Shown: positions 19,478 to 27,049 of the stretch, piece after piece | Layout: the number at the start of each line of letters is the position of its first letter | How positions within the stretch are numbered: position 1 is the first letter of the stretch | IMG/VR virus record: IMGVR_UViG_3300016649_000238 | Location: 1 to 39,367 of that record | Length of the DNA stretch: 39,367 bases | Origin: a virus | Lineage: Duplodnaviria; Caudoviricetes | Direction: 5' to 3' (one strand) | The notes under the pieces: generated by a model | Database searches by the model: none | What the model was told of the DNA's origin: nothing | Seen by the model: the letters and a program-made list of their open reading frames with translations, nothing else | Position numbers and translations under genes: made by a program

Positions 19478-19630
19478 TCACGGGTGGTGCTCGCGTAGAA
19501 TGGCGGGTGAAGGCGTTATTTGTCGGGGTTATCAGCGAGAAACGGACTAAATCCGCCTGCATAAACAGTGCATAAAAGGCACCTCATAATGCATAGAGAT
19601 TTTATGCAGCGAAGTGCCTGTTTTACATTG

Positions 19631-20416
19631 TTAACCCATTAACCTGCGGTAGGCGTCTGCTGCCTCGTCAGTCGTTGGATTCGAGGGGATGCCACCTGGA
19701 TCATCAGGGGTGTTTTTCCCTAACTGGAGTTTTAGTTTACCGACTTCAAGTTCGACTTTTTCAGTAGTCGCCTCGCGATAAGTCGTATCGGCCCGCCCCT
19801 TATCCATCACAACCAGTGTGTGCTCTATCGACTCGATGCGTACCGTATTGCGCATCATCGCGTTTTCGGCGGCGCGTATTTTTTCGAGGAGGATTTTCAC
19901 CTCGTCTTTTTCAGCATCTTCGAGTTGCGATATCCAGCGCCCGATATTTTCTGACGCCACCAGGTTGGCAGCACGCAGACGAAATAATTCATCATCAAGC
20001 GTCAACGCCTTGGCGTCTTCTATCACCTCGTCACTCAGCAGCAGGCGGCGGGCATAGCCACCATGTTTTAGTGCTGTCTGATTACCGGGTTGAAATGCAT
20101 TGACTGGCGGTGCGGTGCGCGAGCCTCGAATCGGTTTCGTATTTTCCGGAGCGTCGCTCTCTCTCCGTGAGGGCGTTTTTGAATTATCAGAACTGGCGGG
20201 GTTTTTCGTGGTACGCACTTCTTTTTTTTGCGTACCGTCTTTGCGTACCTGCGTACTCTTTTGCGTACCTTTTTTTTCGCCGCGTACCCATCCGTGTTTT
20301 TTGGCGCGCTTTCTTATCGCCCCTTCGGTGATGCCGTAAATAGCAGCCAAATCACGAAGGGAAAGTTGTCCGGCGCAGAAATCACGTTCAAGGCCGCTTT
20401 CCTCGGGATTTGTCAT
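19631..20416 (-). CDS. Terminase small subunit
   Basis: N-terminal HTH (LSLRDLAAIYGITEGAIRKRAKKHGW); GNQTALKHGGY motif; upstream of terL. Confidence 0.85.
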   Translation of the reverse strand: MTNPEESGLERDFCAGQLSLRDLAAIYGITEGAIRKRAKKHGWVRGEKKGTQKSTQVRKDGTQKKEVRTTKNPASSDNSKTPSRRESDAPENTKPIRGSRTAPPVNAFQPGNQTALKHGGYARRLLLSDEVIEDAKALTLDDELFRLRAANLVASENIGRWISQLEDAEKDEVKILLEKIRAAENAMMRNTVRIESIEHTLVVMDKGRADTTYREATTEKVELEVGKLKLQLGKNTPDDPGGIPSNPTTDEAADAYRRLMG

Positions 20417-20429
20417 ACCCCCTCCGGAG

Positions 20430-20612
20430 TTATTTAACGAACGTCACTTTCGTGGTTATCAGTCGGCGAATAAGTCTGGCCGCCTCACGCTCCATATCAG
20501 CGATGGTTTCTGACGTTGCAACCTTGCCGCGATATTTGCGCTCAATTTCTGCCAGAACAGCGTTTACGTCAGCGTTGCGGGGTTCAATGATTTGTACGTT
20601 GAGGCGTGCCAT
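20430..20612 (-). CDS. Small hypothetical phage protein
   Basis: 60 aa, AAGG upstream, in late operon before terS. Confidence 0.65.
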   Translation of the reverse strand: MARLNVQIIEPRNADVNAVLAEIERKYRGKVATSETIADMEREAARLIRRLITTKVTFVK

Positions 20613-20626
20613 TTGAAATTTTCCTT

Positions 20627-20815
20627 CTACCAGTTAACTTCGGACTCATGCATCGCCATTGCTAATGCGATTATCGCAATATCCTTATCCTCTTCGATAA
20701 TCAGCTTGAAGCGGGATTTCATGGCGTTGATTTTTTCCTGGTCTTCTTTTGGCAGCGAAGAGACCACACCCTTCATCATGAAATAATGCGCTTGCTGTTC
20801 AGTGTTTACGCTCAT
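20627..20815 (-). CDS. Hypothetical protein
   Basis: 62 aa, GGAG upstream, abuts previous stop. Confidence 0.6.
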   Translation of the reverse strand: MSVNTEQQAHYFMMKGVVSSLPKEDQEKINAMKSRFKLIIEEDKDIAIIALAMAMHESEVNW

Positions 20816-21016
20816 TTATGGCTCCAAGCGTGTAGACGTTAGATCGATTCTTTTTTTCAGCGCCCAGATCCATTCGTCAAAGATATAGGACTGCAATGCA
20901 ACGCTTGGTCTCTTTCCCTTAAAAGCGATAAGCAGCTTTTCCAGTTCTTCCCGCGCTTCTTTTTCCGTCGGCAGACTCACGATTTCGAAAAGCATCGGGC
21001 CTTCAGTTATCTTCAT
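20816..21016 (-). CDS. Hypothetical protein
   Basis: 66 aa, AGGA upstream. Confidence 0.6.
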   Translation of the reverse strand: MKITEGPMLFEIVSLPTEKEAREELEKLLIAFKGKRPSVALQSYIFDEWIWALKKRIDLTSTRLEP

Positions 21017-21131
21017 TTGGAGTTTCCTGCTGGCTATTGAACTATAAGTCTCGGGAGTCCCGATACCACACTTTCACGATCCATTGCGTTTATTCTGTCA
21101 AAGGCACTCTGTGAATGCCTTTTGCAGAATT

Positions 21132-21362
21132 TTATATTTTCTTACTTTTTGCTCTCTGAGCTTTTGCCAGACGGTCATCGTCATAAATGACCCTGTGTTC
21201 TGGTGGGGTTGGTGGTTCCGGCGGTTCAGCGCTCGGTGGTTCAGGAATCTTTCTGAATGGTGATGGTGAATCCTCAGGACGGTCTCTTGTCAGCCCAAAA
21301 GCAAAGCCGAACGTAAGGCCACTCAGGAATAACATCAGTTCAATTACGAATTCTTTTTCCAT
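21132..21362 (-). CDS. Small membrane protein with Pro-rich tail
   Basis: One N-terminal hydrophobic segment, then PEPPSAEPPEPPTPP. Confidence 0.55.
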   Translation of the reverse strand: MEKEFVIELMLFLSGLTFGFAFGLTRDRPEDSPSPFRKIPEPPSAEPPEPPTPPEHRVIYDDDRLAKAQRAKSKKI

Positions 21363-21411
21363 TTTGAGCGGCCTTAAAATGTTTGGTTGCCAGGTACTGG
21401 CTAAAGCCAAC

Positions 21412-21969
21412 TTAGATGATGAATTTGTTTTTCAGAGCTACCAGATCGGCTTCTGCATCTTTGCCCAGAACTTCGATACCGTGCTCGATGAATGCGACCA
21501 CTTTATTGAAATCGTCTTTCAGTGCTTCCAGAGGAGATAAGGCAGCGGTCGCGGTGTCCGTTGCTGGGGTTGGATTAACCACATCAGTTACATCTGCAGG
21601 AACAGCAATGAATGTCATCAACGAGGTGACCGACACTGAGCCATCAGCAGATGACACAGTTAATGCCGCATTGCCTACAATATTGCTTACGAGAGTTACA
21701 GTTGCCCGCCCAGATCCATCAGTAATTACATGATCAAAATCAAGCGTGGCTCCAGTGGCGGAAAAATCCAACTGAGTTCCGATCACTGGATTTCCAGCAT
21801 CATCGACGGCGATGGCCCACATATAAAGCGGTGATACGCCGTCTGCTGGCTGTGAATTGTTAACAGCGGTTAAGGATAATTTCACGATATTTTCCTTCGG
21901 TTGGGATTCAGTCGCTGCGACTGGTGTGTAGAAAAAGGCTTTAATGCTTGCCCATAGGCGCTTAATCAT
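21412..21969 (-). CDS. Bacterial Ig-like (Big_1, invasin/intimin-type) domain protein
   Basis: PADG...VDDAGNPV.G..LDF...TDGSGRATVTLVS...G pattern. Confidence 0.75.
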   Translation of the reverse strand: MIKRLWASIKAFFYTPVAATESQPKENIVKLSLTAVNNSQPADGVSPLYMWAIAVDDAGNPVIGTQLDFSATGATLDFDHVITDGSGRATVTLVSNIVGNAALTVSSADGSVSVTSLMTFIAVPADVTDVVNPTPATDTATAALSPLEALKDDFNKVVAFIEHGIEVLGKDAEADLVALKNKFII

Positions 21970-22001
21970 TTCTGTCGTACCTCTCCAATTTGTGGAGTCA
22001 G

Positions 22002-22226
22002 TTATTCAGCCTTGCTGAATTCGACAAAATATTCACCGCCCTGCTCAAACTGCCCGAATGCTGCTGGGTTACTGACATGCATCCGAATATCGCCAGCGGG
22101 CGTGTATTTTGACCAGTCTTCATTTCCAGCCTTGTCAGACGTGACGGCGCTCAGGTGAATAATGCGATAAGAATCGTCAGATGCTTTCTGAATGAAATGG
22201 CAGCGAAATTTAGCTTTTACAGTCAT
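22002..22226 (-). CDS. Small hypothetical phage protein
   Basis: 74 aa; VKAKF and WSKYTPAG motifs. Confidence 0.7.
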   Translation of the reverse strand: MTVKAKFRCHFIQKASDDSYRIIHLSAVTSDKAGNEDWSKYTPAGDIRMHVSNPAAFGQFEQGGEYFVEFSKAE

Positions 22227-22228
22227 GG

Positions 22229-22765
22229 TTATTTACCTTGTCGGGTGGAATCAATTTGCTTAATGCCGTCGAGCTGGTTGTTTAGCTGGCCTATCGTCGT
22301 GAGCAACGGGTCAATCCAGTAAACAGCCTGTCCATATGTCAATCGGCAGCCGGTGGAAGCGGTGGCGCTACTTTTTGCAGCAGGCTGGCTGGTATCGGTG
22401 TGCATTGCGCTGGCGCGTAAACTGTTCGTGTATTCGAGCAGCCGGTCAGCAACAGCAGAATCAACACACTTGCCGCTGGCAGGATCGCGTTTGATAATCG
22501 TCCGGTATTCAATTTCTCTCTCCTGGCTTTTTCCAACGATTTGCACTGCGTATAGCTGTGCAGCGCCAGCAATCTGATTTGAGCGCTGAAAATTAAATGC
22601 CTGGGTTGAAATGGTTTCTGACTGAAGGGCGTTATCTGACTGGAGCTGGGTGACCTGCCCTTTCGCTTCTACGGATTTACCGTAAAAATGAAATGCCAGA
22701 AATATCATCAGCGCGATAAAAACAGCCGCGAAGGCTGTCACGGCAATGCGGAACCAGTTGAACAT
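22229..22765 (-). CDS. Rz-like inner-membrane spanin
   Basis: N-terminal TM segment, coiled coil, Cys; follows endolysin. Confidence 0.8.
   Translation of the reverse strand: MFNWFRIAVTAFAAVFIALMIFLAFHFYGKSVEAKGQVTQLQSDNALQSETISTQAFNFQRSNQIAGAAQLYAVQIVGKSQEREIEYRTIIKRDPASGKCVDSAVADRLLEYTNSLRASAMHTDTSQPAAKSSATASTGCRLTYGQAVYWIDPLLTTIGQLNNQLDGIKQIDSTRQGK
22339..22512 (-). CDS. Rz1-like outer-membrane lipoprotein spanin embedded in Rz
   Basis: TTG start behind AGGAG; lipobox LLLTGC; Pro-rich mature part. Confidence 0.65.
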   Translation of the reverse strand: MNTGRLSNAILPAASVLILLLLTGCSNTRTVYAPAQCTPIPASLLQKVAPPLPPAAD

Positions 22766-22767
22766 TG

Positions 22768-23292
22768 TCACATCCCCCAGCATGTCAGTTCGCTTTCCTG
22801 ATCGCGCCGAATGACCTGGCCGTAACAGTTATTCGCGCGGACATTGCAATCCTTTCCGCCGTCACGCACCCAGCGTTTTATCTCGGTGCATGCGCCTGTG
22901 CGGTCGCCAGCATTTAGTTTCCGGTAAAATGTGGAGGTAAAGCATTTCGCCGGGCCTATGTTCCACGGGCAGAATGACGCTATCCCGACTTTTTGCGGCT
23001 CGGTCAGTGGGACGTGAATATTCTTATCAACCCATGCCAATGCCTTTGCCTGTTCGGCTTTATCGATAACATCGCATTGGGTTTGAGTAAGGCGCATACC
23101 CTTAAAAACTGGTTTGCCATTCACCGCGGTTACGCCGCCGCATATTGTCCATTTCCCGCCTTGATCCTGATAAGCAATCAGGCTGGTTCCCTCTTTTTCT
23201 TTCTGAAACTGAGCCATCATGACGGGAGCTGATGCGCCAGCGGCAATCAGCGCCAGCATGGCAGCGCTGAGTTTTGTTTTCAGGTTTGCCAT
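22768..23292 (-). CDS. SAR endolysin (phage 21 R-like lysozyme)
   Basis: Ala-rich SAR helix followed by E-x8-D-x5-T (EGTSLIAYQDQGGKWT). Confidence 0.92.
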   Translation of the reverse strand: MANLKTKLSAAMLALIAAGASAPVMMAQFQKEKEGTSLIAYQDQGGKWTICGGVTAVNGKPVFKGMRLTQTQCDVIDKAEQAKALAWVDKNIHVPLTEPQKVGIASFCPWNIGPAKCFTSTFYRKLNAGDRTGACTEIKRWVRDGGKDCNVRANNCYGQVIRRDQESELTCWGM

Positions 23293-23294
23293 GG

Positions 23295-23513
23295 TCAGTC
23301 CTCGTCACGCCGCACCATGTTGTGTTTGCGGTCCCAGATTTTAAATCCGACATTAATCAGACACGTCATGAACGCGAAGAACAAACCACCCAGAACGCCT
23401 ATCGCTGTCCATTGTTCCGGGGTAAACGCATTCAGTAAGCGATAGAGCCAGAAAATGGAACTGCCAGCAGCAGAACCGTAGGCCACGCCGGTGGTTAGTT
23501 TTTCCATTTTCAT
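23295..23513 (-). CDS. Pinholin (phage 21 S-like) with dual start Met-Lys-Met
   Basis: MKMEKLTTGVAYGSAAGS...PEQWTAIGVLGG; ATGs at 23513 and 23507. Confidence 0.88.
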   Translation of the reverse strand: MKMEKLTTGVAYGSAAGSSIFWLYRLLNAFTPEQWTAIGVLGGLFFAFMTCLINVGFKIWDRKHNMVRRDED

Positions 23514-23558
23514 AATCTCCCCTCCGGTTATCCGGTTGGGTGCGTAGTCGTGAGAAAT

Positions 23559-23619
23559 AAAAAAGGCCACGCGAATGCGCAGCCCTGAAAAACGACAAAA
23601 CCCGCACGGCGGCGGGTTT
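23559..23619 (-). terminator. Tandem tR'-like terminators upstream of holin
   Basis: Hairpin plus T-run at 23597-23619 and at 23559-23585. Confidence 0.65.
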
Positions 23620-23652
23620 ATACAATTTCGACATCATATCGAATTAGCCTTA

Positions 23653-23681
23653 AATATGGCCTACTTTGTTCGGTTTTGCAA
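23653..23681 (-). promoter_or_regulatory. Late promoter, pR'-like
   Basis: TTGCAA-17bp-CATATT just after Q stop; downstream -10-like TATGAT could be the pause element. Confidence 0.65.
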
Positions 23682-23684
23682 TAA

Positions 23685-24359
23685 CTACTCGATAACTTCT
23701 TCGAAACAGAGTGCTTCTTTACTTCTCAGTACCCGAATCAGTGAATCATTATCCAGCTCGGAAACGGCCAGCTTCAAACCTTGCCAATGATGGCTGTAAA
23801 CCTCACACCAGGTTGACCGCGAAACAGTCATGAGCGTTGCAAGTGCGGATCCCGCGTATTCCTTATAAGACTCATTTTTGTTCTTTGCGGCCACATCCTG
23901 AACTGCAAGCCAGACGAGGGAAATCAGGCGTTTTTTGGTTTTGGTCAACAGTCCGGGTGGAAGGTTTTTCTGATACTCCATCCATATGGCCTCACAGATA
24001 TTTTTCTGGTGCTCGAATTTGAGGTCAAACCCGTAGCAGTAGCGGATCCATGAGCTTTGGTAAACCGGCAACGTATTCACAGCGCGGCGCCAGGCGCATG
24101 AGGCGAACTCGAATTCCTTCATTGGTGGCGCTGGCCGGATGCGGCTGCGCGTCTCAAGCGCGTATGTTGGTGCGCGCTCTGACCGGACCTGCTTATTTCC
24201 CTCCAACTGTACTTTATGAATGTGCTGGCGCGGATAGTGATTTTTATCAGCCGGAGGATGTTCACTGAAAGCCTCGAGCTGCCCTTTCGTTCCGCCTGAG
24301 AGGTCCATTAATGCTGTAGCCAGTTCAATGCGGGCATATTGCAACAGTTGAGTGTTCAC
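23685..24359 (-). CDS. Late antiterminator Q
   Basis: 224 aa; DLSGGTKGQLEAF, WRRAV, WIRYCYG motifs; directly upstream of pR' and lysis cassette. Confidence 0.87.
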   Translation of the reverse strand: MNTQLLQYARIELATALMDLSGGTKGQLEAFSEHPPADKNHYPRQHIHKVQLEGNKQVRSERAPTYALETRSRIRPAPPMKEFEFASCAWRRAVNTLPVYQSSWIRYCYGFDLKFEHQKNICEAIWMEYQKNLPPGLLTKTKKRLISLVWLAVQDVAAKNKNESYKEYAGSALATLMTVSRSTWCEVYSHHWQGLKLAVSELDNDSLIRVLRSKEALCFEEVIE

Positions 24360-24652
24360 CAGATTATCCCCTCTTCAATCTCTTTTAGTGCCTGCTCAAG
24401 GAGCTGCTCTTCAGTGCCAAAATTCTTCTCCCACTCTTTCTGACCGGCATGAATGGCCACGCCATAACCACCGAGCCGGTGGTGTTGCGGACAGAGAGGG
24501 ATTGCACGGTAATTGCTGGCGCGCTGGCCAGCGCCACATCCTTTACGCAAATGATGAATTTCAGCGGGAGAATCGCCGTACCCGATATTTCGGCAAACGA
24601 TGCAGCCCATATCAGAAAGCTTATTGAGGTGTTCTTTTTCTGAAATTTTCAT
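24356..24652 (-). CDS. Ref-family (recombination enhancement) HNH-like nuclease
   Basis: GCIVC, EIHH, IPLCPQHH, IHAG, FGTE motifs. Confidence 0.8.
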   Translation of the reverse strand: MKISEKEHLNKLSDMGCIVCRNIGYGDSPAEIHHLRKGCGAGQRASNYRAIPLCPQHHRLGGYGVAIHAGQKEWEKNFGTEEQLLEQALKEIEEGIIW

Positions 24653-25245
24653 GCTGCGTAGCTCATTAGCTGGCTTGCAGCGTTCTCGGCGGCTTCGGGG
24701 CTACTGAAGGTTTTGTTGAGGATCCACATCCAGAGGGTATTCAGCGTGGCTTTGTACAGCTCTGAGAATTCGGTCTCGTCCATTTTTGCGAATGAAATCG
24801 AGAGGGGTTCTTTCGCTGTAACGCCGTTCGGCATCACCAGTTCGGTGTAATAACCAGATTCAATGGTGGTCCAGCGTCGGAATGCGTCAAACGACTTAAT
24901 CAACGTCACCCGGTCAGCGCGCTGGGCACGCACTTTGTTGAGGTATCCGATCGCCAGCGAATTGAGCGTTTCGCCATGTCCGGCAAACTCAGCCAGATGA
25001 TTAACGTAGCCGCGAATGAGGGTTTTCTCTTCCGGGGAGATTGCGCCGCCGGTCGGCGTCCAATACTCAAAACCAAGATTGAGGAGGGAGAAGTAAAGGC
25101 GGTGAAATTTCGGGTTACGTGATTTTTTAAACTCAGACGTGATCACATCGCCGAGCTTGATTTTTGAATGCACGAAATCTCTGGTATCCGGGTTGGCGGG
25201 TATCAGAGTGTCGTTGGGGGCTTTGATAAATGCTAATTGTGCCAT
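24649..25245 (-). CDS. DUF1367-family protein
   Basis: RNPKFHR, LGFEYW.P.GG, SFDAFRRW, SISFAKMDE motifs. Confidence 0.82.
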   Translation of the reverse strand: MAQLAFIKAPNDTLIPANPDTRDFVHSKIKLGDVITSEFKKSRNPKFHRLYFSLLNLGFEYWTPTGGAISPEEKTLIRGYVNHLAEFAGHGETLNSLAIGYLNKVRAQRADRVTLIKSFDAFRRWTTIESGYYTELVMPNGVTAKEPLSISFAKMDETEFSELYKATLNTLWMWILNKTFSSPEAAENAASQLMSYAA

Positions 25246-25338
25246 TTCTCACCTCTTCGCGAGTAATGGCACAGCAGAAAACGGGGTGTCAGTTGTTCAG
25301 GCTGACCGAAGGATTATATCGTGAGTAATTGATTTTCG

Positions 25339-25539
25339 TTAATCATTTTCAGGAGGAATTACCTTGTATCCTGCAAATTCGGCAATCTCTAAAAACGCCT
25401 GGAGCGACTGGACATGCTGATCGTCCCTTAGTATTTCTGCATCTGCTATATCCCCTCCCGCCATTTGTAGGAGCACCCTTCCGCTTTCCGGTAGGTTAAA
25501 TTTTACTCCATTGATTATTAAATGATTAATCATTGCCAC
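25339..25539 (-). CDS. Rem-like putative antirepressor
   Basis: ILRDDQHVQSLQAFLEIAEFAGY resembles the C-terminus of E. coli Qin Rem as I recall it; GTG start behind GAGG or ATG two codons later. Confidence 0.65.
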   Translation of the reverse strand: MAMINHLIINGVKFNLPESGRVLLQMAGGDIADAEILRDDQHVQSLQAFLEIAEFAGYKVIPPEND

Positions 25540-25637
25540 CTCTTTTCTAAGACGTTTCAGGTCCCGAGGTAGCCATATCCGCGCAGGATTTAACCAGCGC
25601 TAACCGGCTTTCTGAGTGTCAGGGCCAATAACATTTA

Positions 25638-25678
25638 CTGTATATAACAACAGTAATTTTTGAGGGCGCTTTTTTCAA
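25638..25678 (-). promoter_or_regulatory. SOS promoter with LexA box
   Basis: CTGTATATAACAACAG (25638-25653) overlapping TTGAAA-17bp-TACTGT. Confidence 0.85.
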
Positions 25679-25719
25679 GTTCAATTTGTTTTTTGTTCTG
25701 GCGGCATGGCAAAAATAAG

Positions 25720-25749
25720 AAAAAAGCCACCGGATTGGTGGCTTGTTTT
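25720..25749. terminator. Rho-independent terminator, possibly bidirectional
   Basis: A-run, AAGCCACC-ggatt-GGTGGCTT, T-rich tail. Confidence 0.7.
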
Positions 25750-25777
25750 GATGATGGTGTTGCGGCGCCCGGTGAAT

Positions 25778-26017
25778 TCACATCACGTAACCCATGTTCC
25801 TCAAAAAGTAACATTTGTCTTCACCCTGGTGATCGGTGTAATCCCTGAAGTGTTCCTGATAGCGAACGATCCAATCATTCGCCTCCTGCTTTGACCAGAA
25901 GTGATTGAGCTTTGCCAGCTCCTGAACGAATCGCACAGTTGTGACGACTCTCCCCTTCTTCGGGTCTTGCGTGATGCTGTTGCGAAAAGCGACATTGATG
26001 TCTGAATATCTTGCCAT
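25778..26017 (-). CDS. SOS-inducible small hypothetical protein
   Basis: 79 aa from ATG 26017 behind GAGG; own LexA-boxed promoter. Confidence 0.75.
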   Translation of the reverse strand: MARYSDINVAFRNSITQDPKKGRVVTTVRFVQELAKLNHFWSKQEANDWIVRYQEHFRDYTDHQGEDKCYFLRNMGYVM

Positions 26018-26033
26018 ATAAACCTCATAATAA

Positions 26034-26074
26034 CTGTACATGCATACAGTATTTATTCTGAGGGTATTTATCAA
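26034..26074 (-). promoter_or_regulatory. SOS promoter with LexA box
   Basis: CTGTACATGCATACAG (26034-26049) overlapping TTGATA-17bp-TACTGT. Confidence 0.85.
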
Positions 26075-26101
26075 TAGCTATACTGTAAAGGTCCTGACTT
26101 G

Positions 26102-26650
26102 TCACACTGAGTTGTCGCTGACTTTGCCGGTCTGGGCCACGCCGCTAACCGTAAAACCGGCTGCGCGGATTCCTGCATAAACCTCAGGCAGGTAACCGCG
26201 GATTTGCAGACGGCGAAGCGCGCTATACATGTAATCACATTCCGCTTGTTTGTTTGCCTTAAATGGTTTTCGTGAAGACCAAACGGCATTACCCGGCCAA
26301 CCCCAGACCTTATAAACACGTCCATTTTTTACGTGAAGCAGTCCCCACCCCTCCGGTAATTCCTCGATGCTGATGAGTCCCGGCTCACAGATGAAAAATC
26401 GCCAGTCACCCATACCCAATTCGGGATTCACACGGAACCGCTTTTTCCTGTCGGCAAGGAAATCAGATCGGGAAACCTTCGCCTCAATCAGGCACGAGGC
26501 AAGATTGCGAAAAGCCAACGCATCTGGCTGTTCGCCGGTTGAAACAGCTGCAATGAACCGGTCATGAAACGCAACCTTAAACCCGTTATTTCTGAGGAAA
26601 CGCTCTGCGATAATACAAAGCTCACCGTGCGTTATGGCTGTATCAGTCAT
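26102..26650 (-). CDS. PD-(D/E)xK-fold protein (MmcB-like)
   Basis: EQPDA...LIEAKVSRSDFLAD; start moved to 26650 (MTDTA). Confidence 0.7.
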   Translation of the reverse strand: MTDTAITHGELCIIAERFLRNNGFKVAFHDRFIAAVSTGEQPDALAFRNLASCLIEAKVSRSDFLADRKKRFRVNPELGMGDWRFFICEPGLISIEELPEGWGLLHVKNGRVYKVWGWPGNAVWSSRKPFKANKQAECDYMYSALRRLQIRGYLPEVYAGIRAAGFTVSGVAQTGKVSDNSV

Positions 26651-26858
26651 GGGGTTTATCCTTTCCAAATTCTTTGGCCAGAACATGCGAAAGCTCACCA
26701 ATTACAATAAACTTGCCGCGTTCAATCATGTCATTTGCAACGAGTTGCACGCCTATGCCCAGAAGCCCTTCGCGCACCGGTTCAAACCATTTCAAGTCAG
26801 CGGTGTTGACAAAAATCGCATCTTCACGCTGCATGGCAATATCTGCTGTATCAGTCAT
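26643..26858 (-). CDS. Hypothetical protein
   Basis: 71 aa; overlapping start/stop with neighbours. Confidence 0.65.
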   Translation of the reverse strand: MTDTADIAMQREDAIFVNTADLKWFEPVREGLLGIGVQLVANDMIERGKFIVIGELSHVLAKEFGKDKPHD

Positions 26859-27049
26859 ACAGCCTCCTCTGAAATATCAGTAATCTCTATTTTTCGCGCC
26901 ACCTTCCATACAGCAATGCATTCTGGGCAGGTAACTTTTCCGTCTTGTGGGTGAGTCAAAATAAAGTCTTCGTCTTCATCGCCCAGGGCGCAAAGCGTGT
27001 CGTAATTGGATAGCGTGCAAGCAATGTGAACTCTGGCTGTATCAGTCAT
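26855..27049 (-). CDS. Small putative Zn-binding protein
   Basis: H...TLC...VTCPEC. Confidence 0.65.
   Translation of the reverse strand: MTDTARVHIACTLSNYDTLCALGDEDEDFILTHPQDGKVTCPECIAVWKVARKIEITDISEEAV

Noticed and set aside
21091-21130. Hairpin attctgtcaaaggcac...tgcctttttgcagaat as a novel element
   Set aside because: Looks like an ordinary lambdoid late-operon processing or terminator stem; nothing further supports novelty.
1232-22577. Many plus-strand ORFs in the ORF track over the late genes (e.g. 9312-9926, 12346-12987, 14197-14730)
   Set aside because: Antisense shadows of well-supported structural genes, without recognisable motifs.
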